Of a stretch of 64,000 nucleotides of DNA, positions 53,010 through 64,000 are shown in pieces. The notes under the pieces are model-generated. The model had not been told where the DNA came from, made no database searches, and saw only the letters and a program-made list of their open reading frames with translations. This DNA comes from Antedon mediterranea. Taxonomy: Eukaryota > Animalia > Echinodermata. The position numbers were made by a program, and so were the translations under genes. Every line of letters starts with the position of its first letter. The first letter of the stretch is position 1. Location: the NCBI RefSeq assembly GCF_964355755.1, contig NC_092673.1:35461648-35525647 (forward strand), given 5' to 3'.

Positions 53010-54600
53010 TCCATATCTAGAAACTCTTTTGACCTAGCATAACTAGATATCTGCAAAAAAATCTCCTCTGCTAAATCTGAAAATAAACACACCGTTGCAG
53101 TCTTTATGGATTTATCGAAAGCCTTCGACACTATTAATCATACCATTTTAAAACATAAACTTGACCATTATGGCATCAGAGGACTCCCTCTTCTATTATT
53201 ATCAAATCGACAGTTTACATATTTTAATTCACATGCTTCTAATTTATGTAATCAACCGCATGTGTCTGTTTGAAACGATAAGATGAGGAACCCTGTGAGA
53301 ATGAGAAAAAGTCACCCCAACCGAGATTCAAACCCGGACCTCCTCCTTGATATGCAGATGTCCTAACCATTAGACCACTGGGCTTTCATTGTATAGTTCA
53401 AACCCAATTGGATAGCGACTCTTTACCTTTTTATATATATAAACACATAGAATATTAATTCTAAACCGCTCGGTGATATACTGAAATTTAATTAATTAAT
53501 TTAAAACGATAAGATGAGGAAATCTGTGAGAATGAGAAAAAGTCGCCCCAACCGTGATATATTTTTCCGGAGAAATCTTATGTAGGAGAATTTTACAGTA
53601 GGCAGAGGTATGCACTCTCGGAGTGGCTTTTTAGTCTATTGCCTGTAAACTGCAGGGTACCACAAGGATCTACTTTAGGTCCTCTACTTTTTCTTATTTA
53701 TGTAAATGATATCCCAACTCTTCTGAGTTATTAAATTATATATTATTTGCTGATGATACAATTATTTTTTTTATCCCATAAAAATATTAATACACTTTTT
53801 GAAACACTTAATAGGGAATTATCATGTGTCTCAGATTGGTTCAAGGCTAATAAACTATCGTTGAATATTGATAAAACTAATTTTTTATATTTTGCAAGTG
53901 ACAGAAGATTGAATAATAATAATTTAAAAAACAAAATTTATAATCTTTTAATTAAATAAAAACATACAAATTTTCTTGGAATCACAATTGACACCCAATT
54001 TAACTGGAAACAGCAATTAACTAAAATTTCTAATCAGGTTTCAAGAAATATAGGAGTAATGAGAAAACTTCAATATATTTTACCAACAAATATTCTTTTT
54101 TCATTATATAATACCATGGTTCTTCCATATTTGTTTGTTATGGGACAAATAAACATTTTTCAATGCCCATGGACTACTACGGAAACTACAAAGTTGGACC
54201 ATCTCTTCAAATTACAGAAAAAAGTGCTTCGTATCTGTTCTAAATCAACTTATCTAGTCCATACCAAACCATTTTTCCAAAAATTTAAAACATTAAATAC
54301 ATTTGATATCAATATTTTGTAATCTGCTTTGTTTATGTACAAATATGAAAATAACCAAAATCATTTAATAACTACTTTATGAAACATGGTAAACTACATA
54401 GTCATAATACATGCAATTCAAATGATTACCTTTAATACCTAATGTACAAATAATTTGATAAAGAACTCTATTAATTACCAAGGAGCTAAATTATGGAATT
54501 CAATCCATGTAGATATTAAAACTGCATCTACAACTTCAAAATTTAAATAAGTATACAAGAACTATTTACTTTCTAGATATGATGAACGTTAAATATATAT
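53010..54600 (+). mobile_element. Degenerate LINE (L2/CR1-type RT) interrupted by a SINE-like insertion; its 5' part is duplicated at ~52120-52370
   Basis: [25 protein letters not shown]; VPQGSTLGPLLFLIYVND; LFADDT; WFKANKLSLNIDKT. Confidence 0.85.
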
Positions 54601-55014
54601 TTCATAAAGACCAGTTAAGATTGGATAAATTAAAAGTGATTAGATAGAAATAGTAGCTTCTTTTATACATTATTAGTTTATGCATACTATAATCTATGGT
54701 TTATATAATTTTGTCTTTCTGACTTATATGACCTAACTGAACTACTTTTTATTGTATTCATGTGAAATTTTATTTGTTAACAAACTTAGTTTAACATTAT
54801 TATGTATATTATATTGTGGAATTAAATTTATACTGAAATTGAAATCGGAAACTCTCCTAAAATATAATGGTATGGATTGCACATTAAATGAATGCTAATT
54901 ACATTGGTAAAACTAAAAACCAAGATTTTGTCAATCATATCTGCAGAATTATTAGTCTATTTTTCACATTAAAAATAATATGTATAAGTAATTTAATCAA
55001 GTTATAAAAATTTC

Positions 55015-55422
55015 CTTGGTGAAGCTCATTTCTCTTTCTGGATGTTGTTTGTTTGTCATCTTAAAGTTGCTTTTCAGCAAAGAAAAGAGGTTGCTGATTT
55101 TGTGGAATTGTTCTGGATGTTTTTCGCATTCTCAATGGTGTCTGATAGTTCAACATTAAGTATGAATGTGTTCACAAAGATCTGCATACCAAAACCTCAG
55201 AGACGGGGTACCAAGTGAAGGATAGTGTATGCTGAATGATGTAGTTTTTTTAGTGTTTGGTCATCTTCAAGCTGCTTTCCAGCAAAGATAAGATGTTGCT
55301 GATCTGGTCAACTCCCTCTTTGTCTTGGATTTTTGCTTTTACATTTTCAATGGTGTCTGATAGATTAACATAAAGTATGATGACTTCTTTTCTAGTGATT
55401 GTTGCCACAAAAATCCCCATAC
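55015..55422 (-). pseudogene. Decayed 2nd and 3rd units of a head-to-tail polyubiquitin
   Basis: [16 protein letters not shown], frameshift, [35 protein letters not shown], with indels and stops. Confidence 0.75.
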
Positions 55423-55653
55423 CACCTGGAATAGGTGGTAAGAGGTAAAGGTGTAACTCTTTTTTAATGCTATCATCCAGGAATGTTTGGCCATCTTCAA
55501 GCAGCTTTCCATTATAGTTTAAAAGTTGCTGATCTGGTGGAATTCCTTCTTTGTCTTGGATCTTGGCTTTTACATTCTCAGTGGTGTCTGATGGTTCAAC
55601 CACAAGTGTGATTGTTTTTTCAGTGACTGTTTTCATAAAGATCTCCATACCAA
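55423..55653 (-). CDS. Candidate gene B exon: single intact ubiquitin-like domain (231 nt, phase 1-1)
   Basis: ttttgtag|[69 protein letters not shown]|gtatgg. Confidence 0.6.
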
Positions 55654-55750
55654 CTACAAAATAATACTTTAACATTTTTGCTGAGATCAGATCTGAATAA
55701 ACTGGAACTATAATGACAATACAAATACCCTTATAATTGTTCAAACACAC

Positions 55751-55789
55751 CATTTTCTGATTTAACAAGTTCTGCCTTCTGTTCTTCAA
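55751..55789 (-). CDS. Candidate gene B micro-exon (39 nt, phase 1-1)
   Basis: tttcag|..[13 protein letters not shown]|gtgtgt. Confidence 0.4.
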
Positions 55790-55991
55790 CTGAAAGTTTT
55801 TCAAATTGGGTTTGAAATTTCACATTTCCTGGTGAATTTAATGCTTTTACCTCTGATAAATTCATTCATTCATTTTGTTATTTCAGAATACCATGGTGAC
55901 ATAATATATCGGTAGCAAAAGAGAAAAATAAAAAAAAAAACAAAACAAAACATTTACAAAAAAAGAACAATTAATACTACTTCAGGTTTAC

Positions 55992-56153
55992 CTTTTTCAT
56001 TTCGTCTTTTCTGTACAACTTGTACCCCTTCCATCTCATCTTCTTCCATTTCAGAAAGTTCTTGCTCCTCATCACCACCTCCTTCACTGTCCCCATGTTG
56101 CTCTTCATTTATTTCATTATCCTTCATTTTTGCCATCTTATTCAAATTTTTGG
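55992..56153 (-). CDS. Gene B acidic linker exon (162 nt, phase 1-1)
   Basis: ttttcag|..KNLNKMAKMKDNEINEEQHGDSEGGGDEEQELSEMEEDE..NEK G|gtaaac. Confidence 0.6.
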
Positions 56154-56378
56154 CTGAAAAGTAAGTTTATTATTGCTTAATTAACACTATTGCTTTAAGA
56201 AGTGCATTCATCCATAACAATAAATATAAAGCATTCACAAAGGACAATCATGCAATTTGCTGGTGACAAATACATTTTACCAATTCTCATTTAAAAACCC
56301 CTTTCATTTATATTTTCTTAGGTGCCGGTACTATAATAAGATTAAAATTATTAATCGGTCATCGTTAAAAATATTTAC

Positions 56379-56492
56379 CTTTTCTCTTTCGTCCTTTCTG
56401 TACAACTTGTACCTCTTCCTCAGGCTCTGTCTCCTTTCCTTCACTTTCCTCACCGAGTCTGTCTAATGGCCGCTTCAAAGATTGCTTTTTTT
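56379..56492 (-). CDS. Gene B charged linker exon (114 nt, phase 1-1)
   Basis: ccatag|..KKQSLKRPLDRLGEESEGKETEPEEEVQVVQKGRKRK|gtaaat; its 3' end resembles the next exon (VQVVQK). Confidence 0.6.
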
Positions 56493-57348
56493 CTATGGAA
56501 AAAAGTTTATACAGTATAAATAAACCAGTTAATTTGTTCAATAATGTAAAAAGAAATGATTAACATTGTACTACTTTGAATTTATCTTTCTGACATTTTT
56601 GTTTCATTTTAGGTTTTTTGCTTATTTGTGTATCATGAACTTTTCTCCAGCGGGACAGTATCGTTGTTTGGGGGTCCTTCAAGAAACAACAGAAAGAAAA
56701 ACATTGACATTTATTTTTAAAAATATGGTTATACATTCTTTTCTGTCAAGATGAATTTTATCTCATGTTTACACTCATTATATTTGTATGCCTTTAATAT
56801 TTGACAGAAGAATATATTCCAGGCCAATTTCAAGGCTAGGAATTTATTAATTCTCATTGGATCGTTAAAAGCTACAGTAACAAATTCAATTTAAAACTAT
56901 AGATATAAAAATTTAATTTAAGACTATAATGGTTTAATAAATTTCTACAAGAAAAAACCTATTCTTTTATTTCAATACTGTAGGTTTACCATTGATCATA
57001 ATTTTACGTGATCAGCTTAATCACCTTAACGTGATCTAGTTGAGCATATGTTGGACAAAACATGAATAACCTAGTTTAACAAGATTAATTAATTCACAAG
57101 ATAGAATCAACCAATCAGCATTTGAGTAAGTATTGCGCGCAACCTTATAGGCTCTCAGCTTTTATGCAACTTATACCATTACCATAAAGAGATCATGATA
57201 TGAATTCTATGTGAACGGTTTCTCTTTATCGTGCTAAACGTATCATGATAATAGAGTGATATTTTAATATGAACATGTCTTAATGACTCACAATATTACA
57301 ATTACTTAAAAAACTTCAATATAAATGATCAATATTTATTGTAATTAC

Positions 57349-57547
57349 CATTATCAAGTAGTATATTTCTTGCTTGTTCCGTAACAAGTTTTGCAAACCG
57401 CTTTATTTTATCAGGTTTATCTTCTAAACGTAACTCTCTTTCCAGATAGCAAACAACTGCCCAAATATTTGGTAAATTATCAGCAACGTTTCTCAATTTA
57501 TAGCAAGAAATTATCTCATCTAACGTATCTTCTCTAACTTCCTTTAA
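57349..57547 (-). pseudogene. 5'-truncated copy of gene A's first (DED) exon at the head of gene B
   Basis: KEVREDTLDEIISCYKLRNVADNLPNIWAVV.YLERELRLED, near-identical to 28794-28989 with the same donor; joined directly to sequence homologous to 29974 onward. Confidence 0.8.
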
Positions 57548-57817
57548 AGACTTCAACTTGATTACAATACAAGGTGTTGTTGCTATGCAAAATGCCAACA
57601 CCTTAGAATTTTGCAGCTTTCTATGTGTCACATGACTTCCTTAATCAGTCTTGCATGACGAACTATTTCTTAAAATTCATTTAACTAAAATAAATGCTAC
57701 AGGAATACAATAACATTGTTATTTCACCAGATTGAATGTATTCAATATCTTTTAGATTTATCATTTACACTGCTGGACATGACAAAACTAAATTGTGTTA
57801 CTACTAATAAACATTAA

Positions 57818-58364
57818 AGATGTATTGTCCCTTGAAACACAAAAAAATGAATGTCAAAATATTCTAAATTTAAAATGGCCATATCAAAGTAATATTAAAG
57901 TTATTCACTTTAAGTCGAAAATTCCAGCCAAAAACAACAGGTTTACGTAATTAACAAGTAAATTAGTTTAATTACATTTCGTCTGGAAAATCGTCGCGAG
58001 CGAAAGTAAACAAAGATTTCAAACCACGAGTACGCATTATGCATATGCTAATTAGGATTGTTTACAACTCGTCATGGTTGAGAAGGTATTTTCACACAGA
58101 TCGTGAGGAAGTTTTATGATTATGCATACAGAGTAGCCAAACAAGCGCGTTTCATTATGGGATATGTTTTGATCGAAAACTTTGACTGGAAGTCAAAGTT
58201 ATTTTTTTAACAAAAAAACGTCTGTATTTCAGTTAAATGATTTTTTTTTTCGACAAATTTTTGGTGATAGTTAATAACTATTATGATACTTCAAAATGAC
58301 CCACCTTTTTTCGAAATCTTTTATTTTTTATTTTTTTGGAATTAGTCAAAGGGTCAATACATCT
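57818..58364. mobile_element. MITE with TTAA target duplication and AG...CT termini (Kolobok-like)
   Basis: ttaa|agatgtattgtccct...agggtcaatacatct|ttaa; empty site acattaattaaagtatatc at ~31887. Confidence 0.75.
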
Positions 58365-59059
58365 TTAATTAAAGTATATCAAAACAAAAACATAAAAAAG
58401 ATGAATAAAATCAAACTTTCAATCGTGTCATTTTATAGTTAATATTCACTTTTGCACAACAACAAAATTATGACAATAATGATTTTGCTTATAAAAGACA
58501 AGGTAAACAGTTAAATTTAAACAATAATTGACTGCCTTGGATCACTATTACATTTTACATCAATGTATCAATTTATTTTGCATATAAATCTATTTTAGAA
58601 GGGTTGTTGTCCCTTTACCCTATTGTATAACTTATATCTGACAGGTTTTAAATTTAATTTAAAGTCTGACAGACTTTTATTAATTATGAATAGGCCTATA
58701 ATTTCAATATTTCATTTTTGTATCACTTTTCTAAACTAATTCAGTACACAGCATCTAGCTTCAACATCCTATGAAACAAAATTACATTCATATAAATAGG
58801 CCTCCTAGAGTACTAGCGCCCTTGTACTCTAGGAGGCCTAGTAACTAATTAATAGTTTAGGGTCCAGGCCTAGCTCAGCACAGATTTACCTCCAGCCGAT
58901 GGGAAGTCTCCACCGAGTACAGCTGAATACCCTGGCCCTGGAAGGAATGTCTTCTCGTTCAACTCGTAGCCCACTCTCTGACAGTTTGGGCCAGGCCTAG
59001 CCTAGTAGGCTAATTGTTGGGGACATTAATTGTTACAATGTTAAAAGTATACTGTTGTA

Positions 59060-59237
59060 CATACTTGGAAACCTTCCGGAATTTATTGGAAAAGAACAAG
59101 TTGAATCAACATGGCTGGCGGCGGTCCTGTTTTCAGCGTCGTGGTAGTATAAAGAGCCCTGAAAATGGGAATTCCCTTTTCTGGAATGACGTCATTGAAC
59201 ATCTTGCTTGATGTTGCCCAATCGTATCTTCTGTAGC
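59060..59237 (-). promoter_or_regulatory. Putative promoter/first exon of gene B with NF-kB (59167-59176) and CRE (59187-59194) sites
   Basis: Paralog of 39673-39870; both motifs and their spacing are conserved. Confidence 0.55.
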
Positions 59238-59294
59238 TGTGACGTTTGCCGGGAAGGAAAATAAGAATTCATCGGAAAGGAAAATAAGACTTTA

Positions 59295-61130
59295 TCTATA
59301 TATACATTTACGTAAGGGCAAAATTCGGTAAATCGCGCGTTACTTCTAGAATGTTTACTCGATGGTATATAAAGTTGGTTCGTACTTTCGGTACTGATTT
59401 TAACCGCCTGATGTAACCCTGTTTACTAATTAAATTGAGTTCGATAATTAGTTATTGACGATTAAAACGAATTTAGGTTCAACGATTTGCCCCAAATAGG
59501 GGTGTTTTTCGATCGTGGTATACACTGTCTAATGAATGTCCGTCTTGAAAAATACCCGCAGACGATAATACGAGGATGCTTCGCATTTTCCTATCTCCTC
59601 CTACGATAATTGTTTTTAATGGCTGAAAACCGGTTGAACAGCTCGAGTACAGCATCATAATGTTGAAGACAGGCCGATTTTCTTTAAAAAATACTATTTT
59701 GATAGATTTAATATACGTTTATACAAATGTATTGATTTGCAATGAATGGAACATTCCAAATTATTTGGTTTAACCATACTTGCATACCTCCATGGTTTAA
59801 CACAAGTAGGTAAATTTATAGACCCTTGGAGAATAAACAGAAATAGTATTGTAATGCTATACAATACTGCAAATAGGTATTAACCACGTTTGATCGCCAT
59901 TTGAATCAAAAGTGTGTTGGTACTGTTTGACGATTAAAACGAATTTAGGTTCAACGATTTGCCCCAAATAGGGGTGTTTTTCGATCGTGGTATACACTGT
60001 CTAATGAATGTCCGTCTTGAAAAATACCCGCAGACGATAATACGAGGATGCTTCGCATTTTCCTATCTCCTCCTACGATAATTGTTTTTAATGGCTGAAA
60101 ACCGGTTGAACAGCTCGAGTACAGCATCATAATGTTGAAGACAGGCCGATTTTCTTTAAAAAATACTATTTTGATAGATTTAATATACGTTTATACAAAT
60201 GTATTGATTTGCAATGAATGGAACATTCCAAATTATTTGGTTTAACCATACTTGCATACCTCCATGGTTTAACACAAGTAGGTAAATTTATAGACCCTTG
60301 GAGAATAAACAGAAATAGTATTGTAATGCTATACAATACTGCAAATAGGTATTAACCACGTTTGATCGCCATTTGAATCAAAAGTGTGTTGGTACTGTTA
60401 GATATAATATAAACAAATATACTAATAAACTTTATCACTGTGAGTGTGGGTAGCCCCTACTTTTAGATTATAAACACATAATAATATAATACTTTAATAC
60501 TGTCAGTTGTTTCTCAACATTTGTATTAATTAATAATTAAAATATAAACGTATTAGTGGTCTTTAAAGGTACTTTACTATTTCAATCGACCATGAGACAG
60601 TGACAGTTTTAATAAAGTATTAAATCGGAAATGTTTTACTCTATTTAGTGGTATATTATTTATGGGCCTATAAAAAAATATTTCGTTACTGAGTGGATAA
60701 TAAAGAAATATAAAGAATAATTTAATATAAAGAATATATTTAAAAAAATTTCCTCTTTGTACCTATCCTCATCCCCCCACCGCTCAACTCTAATGTTAGA
60801 TACAAAACACTAAACTCTAATAGATACAAAATTGGGTTTGTTTAAATGAGTCCAAATAACAAATTTGAACTCATTTTGTGACAAGTTTCTAGGTGCTAAT
60901 TGTGGTTGACTACATAAATCATTGTGTCTATTTGTTTCTGTAAACGACAATGTTTTATAGTCCTGCCGTACGTACATTTGAAATCGCCATTTTTTTTACG
61001 CTGAAATTACTATGTATTTATATTCGAGAACCATCTGTGGGCACGAACTAGATGGTACGCGAGCGAAGCGAGAGAACCATCTGTGGGCACGAACTAGATG
61101 GTACGCGAGCGAAGCGAGCGTACCATCTAG
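59295..61130 (+). mobile_element. Non-autonomous Helitron with an internal 472-bp tandem duplication and a doubled 3' end
   Basis: A|TCTATATATAC start; ctagatggtacgcgagcgaagcgagcgtaccatCTAG|T end; duplicate units ~59456-59927 and ~59928-60399. Confidence 0.75.
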
Positions 61131-61619
61131 TTATTTAAATTCTGCTATCGTTTATGTTATTCAAAATCATATTATCTTTAAGGTTTACGTAGGCCTTCCT
61201 ACTAAATGAAATTATTTAACGAAAATGTAGAAACGTTAATATTATTCATACCCTTTGTTTCAAAATATTTCATAATATAAAAATGACAATCCATCATTAC
61301 AATAGATTTTAAGTTCTGTATTGTTTTGTATTTTACGTTTTATGTTTATGTAAATAATACAAGCCTATTACAAGGTCTTTCTCTCCCAAACTAAGGTACA
61401 GTAAAATTTCCATCCAGCCAAATCATAACCAAAGATAACGCAGAAATCATTTCATTAATACTGTATTATTTGTACCTTCATAGAACGTTGCACAGTTGGG
61501 TTGTGGTATTATTTCTTCATTCAGTATTTTTTGTTCAGTAATTTCTTGAATTTTTAAGAAATCAGTTTATACAGAAATAGATTTGCACATTTTTTTCATC
61601 ATTAAAATTATTATTTAAA

Positions 61620-61870
61620 AAGAATCAACAACATTATAAGATGTCCATCATCCATGTATTTAATAGAATCAACAACATTATAAGATGTCCATCATCCATG
61701 TATTTAATAGAATCAACAACATTATAAGATGTCCATCATCCATGTATTTAATAGAATCAACAACATTATAAGATGTCCATCATCCATGTATTTAATAGAA
61801 TCAACAACATTATAAGATGTCCATCATCCATGTATTTAATAAGAATCAACAACATTATAAGATGTCCATC
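61620..61870. repeat. 44-bp tandem repeat (aatagaatcaacaacattataagatgtccatcatccatgtattt)
   Basis: About 5.5 copies. Confidence 0.9.
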
Positions 61871-63115
61871 ATTTACAACCCCCTGCCCCAATTAACACAA
61901 GTATATGCTATTGACTGAAAATACACAGTAACAACCACTGTACTTCATTTACAACCCCCCTGCCCCAATTAACACAAGTATATGCTATTATTTACTGAAA
62001 ATGTACAGTAACAACGACTGTACTTCATTTACAACCCCCCTACCCCAATTAACACAAGTATATGCTATTGACTGAAAATACACAGTAACAACCACTGTAC
62101 TTCATTTACAACCCCACTGCCCCAATTAACACAAGTATATGCTATTATTTACTGAAAATGTACAGTAACAACGACTGTACTTCATTTACAACCCCCCTAC
62201 CCCAATTAACACAAGTATATGCTATTTACTGAAAATGTACAGTAACAACCACTGTACTTCATTTACAACCCCCCTACCCCAATTAACACAAGTATATGCT
62301 ATTGACTGAAAATGTACAGTAACAACCACTGTACTTCATTTACAACCCCCCTGCCCCAATTAACACAAGTATATGCTATTGACTGAAAATGCACAGTAAC
62401 AACCACTGTACTTCATTTACAACCCCCCTGCCCCAATTAACACAAGTATATGCTATTGACTGAAAATGCACAGTAACAACCACTGTACTTCATTTACAAC
62501 CCCCCTGCCTCAATTAACACAAGTATATGCTATTGACTGAAAATGTACAGTAACAACCACTGTACTTCATTTACAACCCCCCTGCCTCAATTAACACAAG
62601 TATATGCTATTGACTGAAAATGCACAGTAACACCCACTGTACTTCATTTACAACCCCCCTGCCCCAATTAACACAAGTATATGCTATTGACTGAAAATGC
62701 ACAATAACAACCACTGTACTTCATTTACAACCCCCCTGCCCCAATTAACACAAGTATATGCTATTGAATGAAAATGTACAGTAACAACCACTGTACTTCA
62801 TTTACAACCCCCCTGCCCCAATTAACACAAGTATATGCTATTGACTGAAAATGCACAGTAACAACCACTGTACTTCATTTACAACCCCCCTGCCCCAATT
62901 AACACAAGTATATGCTATTGACTGAAAATGCACAGTAACAACCACTGTACTTCATTTACAACCCCCCTGCCTCAATTAACACAAGTATATGCTATTGACT
63001 GAAAATGCACAGTAACAACCCTGTACTTCATTTACAACCCCCCTGCCCCAATTAACACAAGTATATGCTATTGGCTGAAAATGCACAGTAACAACCACTG
63101 TACTTCATTTACAAC
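61868..63115. repeat. 77-bp minisatellite, same unit as 17540..18872
   Basis: About 16 copies. Confidence 0.95.
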
Positions 63116-63136
63116 AAATTTATATAATTTTCCATA

Positions 63137-63248
63137 AAGCTCTACTAGTTTGACAAAAAAAGTGTGATGTGCTCAAATATGGTAGTGATATGCCATATAT
63201 GGGCACATCACATTTTGTCACATAAAGTTTGATGGTGCAGACAGAACT
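63137..63248. mobile_element. Partial MITE of the gctctgtctacac family
   Basis: ctagtttgacaaaaaaagtgtgatgtgctcaaatatggtagtgatatg...gtttgatggtgcagacaga. Confidence 0.6.
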
Positions 63249-63956
63249 TCATGGAAAATTATAAAAATAAATGAACAGCGCCATCTTCTGTTCTGGTGTG
63301 AATGTAGCTTTATTTATAAAGATAAAAATTAGAAACAATTAAATATTGTAAACATAATTCACAAGAAAAGGAAAGAACTATTTAAAAAACTAAATGGTTG
63401 TACAGTTTTCAGTGAATAAAAATTGAGAGAATAGTTGAAGAATTATGATCACGATGAAAAGCCCCTCATAGCAACATTCAAATCCTGTGAAACTAACAAT
63501 TTTAAACAAAATTTGGCGTAATATGTCTTACAATTAAATTCAAGATGACTCATCAAATTATAAAAATACTGGCATATCAAAATAGACTGTATCAAAATCT
63601 TAATTCTGACATATTACAAATGATATGCTATGTGTGCAGTATATTAGGTTGCATTAGCAATTGTCTTAAGATACTAATATACTAAATCCAAGGTAATATT
63701 GAATTTTAAACATAATATATTGTTTACAAATATTAAATAAACAATTTTATATATAATATGACATGTATTAAAATACAATATTCACCATGATTTAATTTAC
63801 ATTTATATTACCAAAGATTATGATAACAAACAAGTGCCTGTAGTACATGTATCATGCATGATATGTATGATAACAAACAAGTGCCTGTAGTACATGTATC
63901 ATGCAGTTGTAATGAATGTCAAATTAAGCTGCACTTTAATAACTACTGTATAGCAG

Positions 63957-64000
63957 TTAATAGTAAAATTTACCATTTATACTCTGGAAATGTTGCCTCA
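63957..64000 (-). CDS. C-terminal tip of a paralog of the gene A LRR exon (gene C; continues beyond the window)
   Basis: RQHFQSINGKFYY* vs gene A RQHFQSINGEFYYV*; downstream flank also homologous. Confidence 0.7.
   Translation of the reverse strand, partial: RQHFQSINGKFYY

Noticed and set aside
55250-55804. 184-aa ORF as a stand-alone polyubiquitin gene
   Set aside because: Lacks LRLRGG, the second unit is frameshifted, and the ORF N-terminus is intron-like read-through
56572-56676. Possible extra Lys-rich exon of gene B
   Set aside because: In-frame stops in the phase-1 frame and no compatible donor; at best decayed

Overview
AT-rich, intron-rich animal genomic DNA. Gene content suggests a marine invertebrate deuterostome, echinoderm-like; this is inference. 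Left part: the last three coding exons of SAPCD2 (+), with two intronless paralogous sulfotransferase-fold genes nested antisense in two adjacent introns. From ~20 kb to the end: a minus-strand tandem cluster of modular innate-immune receptor genes built largely from symmetric phase-1 exons. Gene A (29325->20195) is DED-DED / 2x TRADD-N-like / DED-DED / Lys-rich micro-exons / 59-aa LRR array with no NACHT domain. Gene B (~57547->42678) is a RIG-I/MDA5-like helicase + CTD. Its N-terminus has no recognisable CARD exons. Instead it carries a truncated copy of gene A's DED exon, charged linkers and a candidate ubiquitin-like exon cut from a decayed polyubiquitin. Gene C is the C-terminal tip of another LRR paralog at the window end. 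Genes A and B share a duplicated upstream block with perfect NF-kB and CRE sites. Both carry lesions (frameshifts, deletions, a duplicated exon), so functionality is uncertain. The rest is a recent internally deleted Gmr1-like Gypsy LTR element, two non-autonomous Helitrons, LINE fragments, MITEs, tRNA-derived SINEs and many minisatellites. Exon boundaries were read by eye from GT/AG sites and frame continuity; no transcript data were available.
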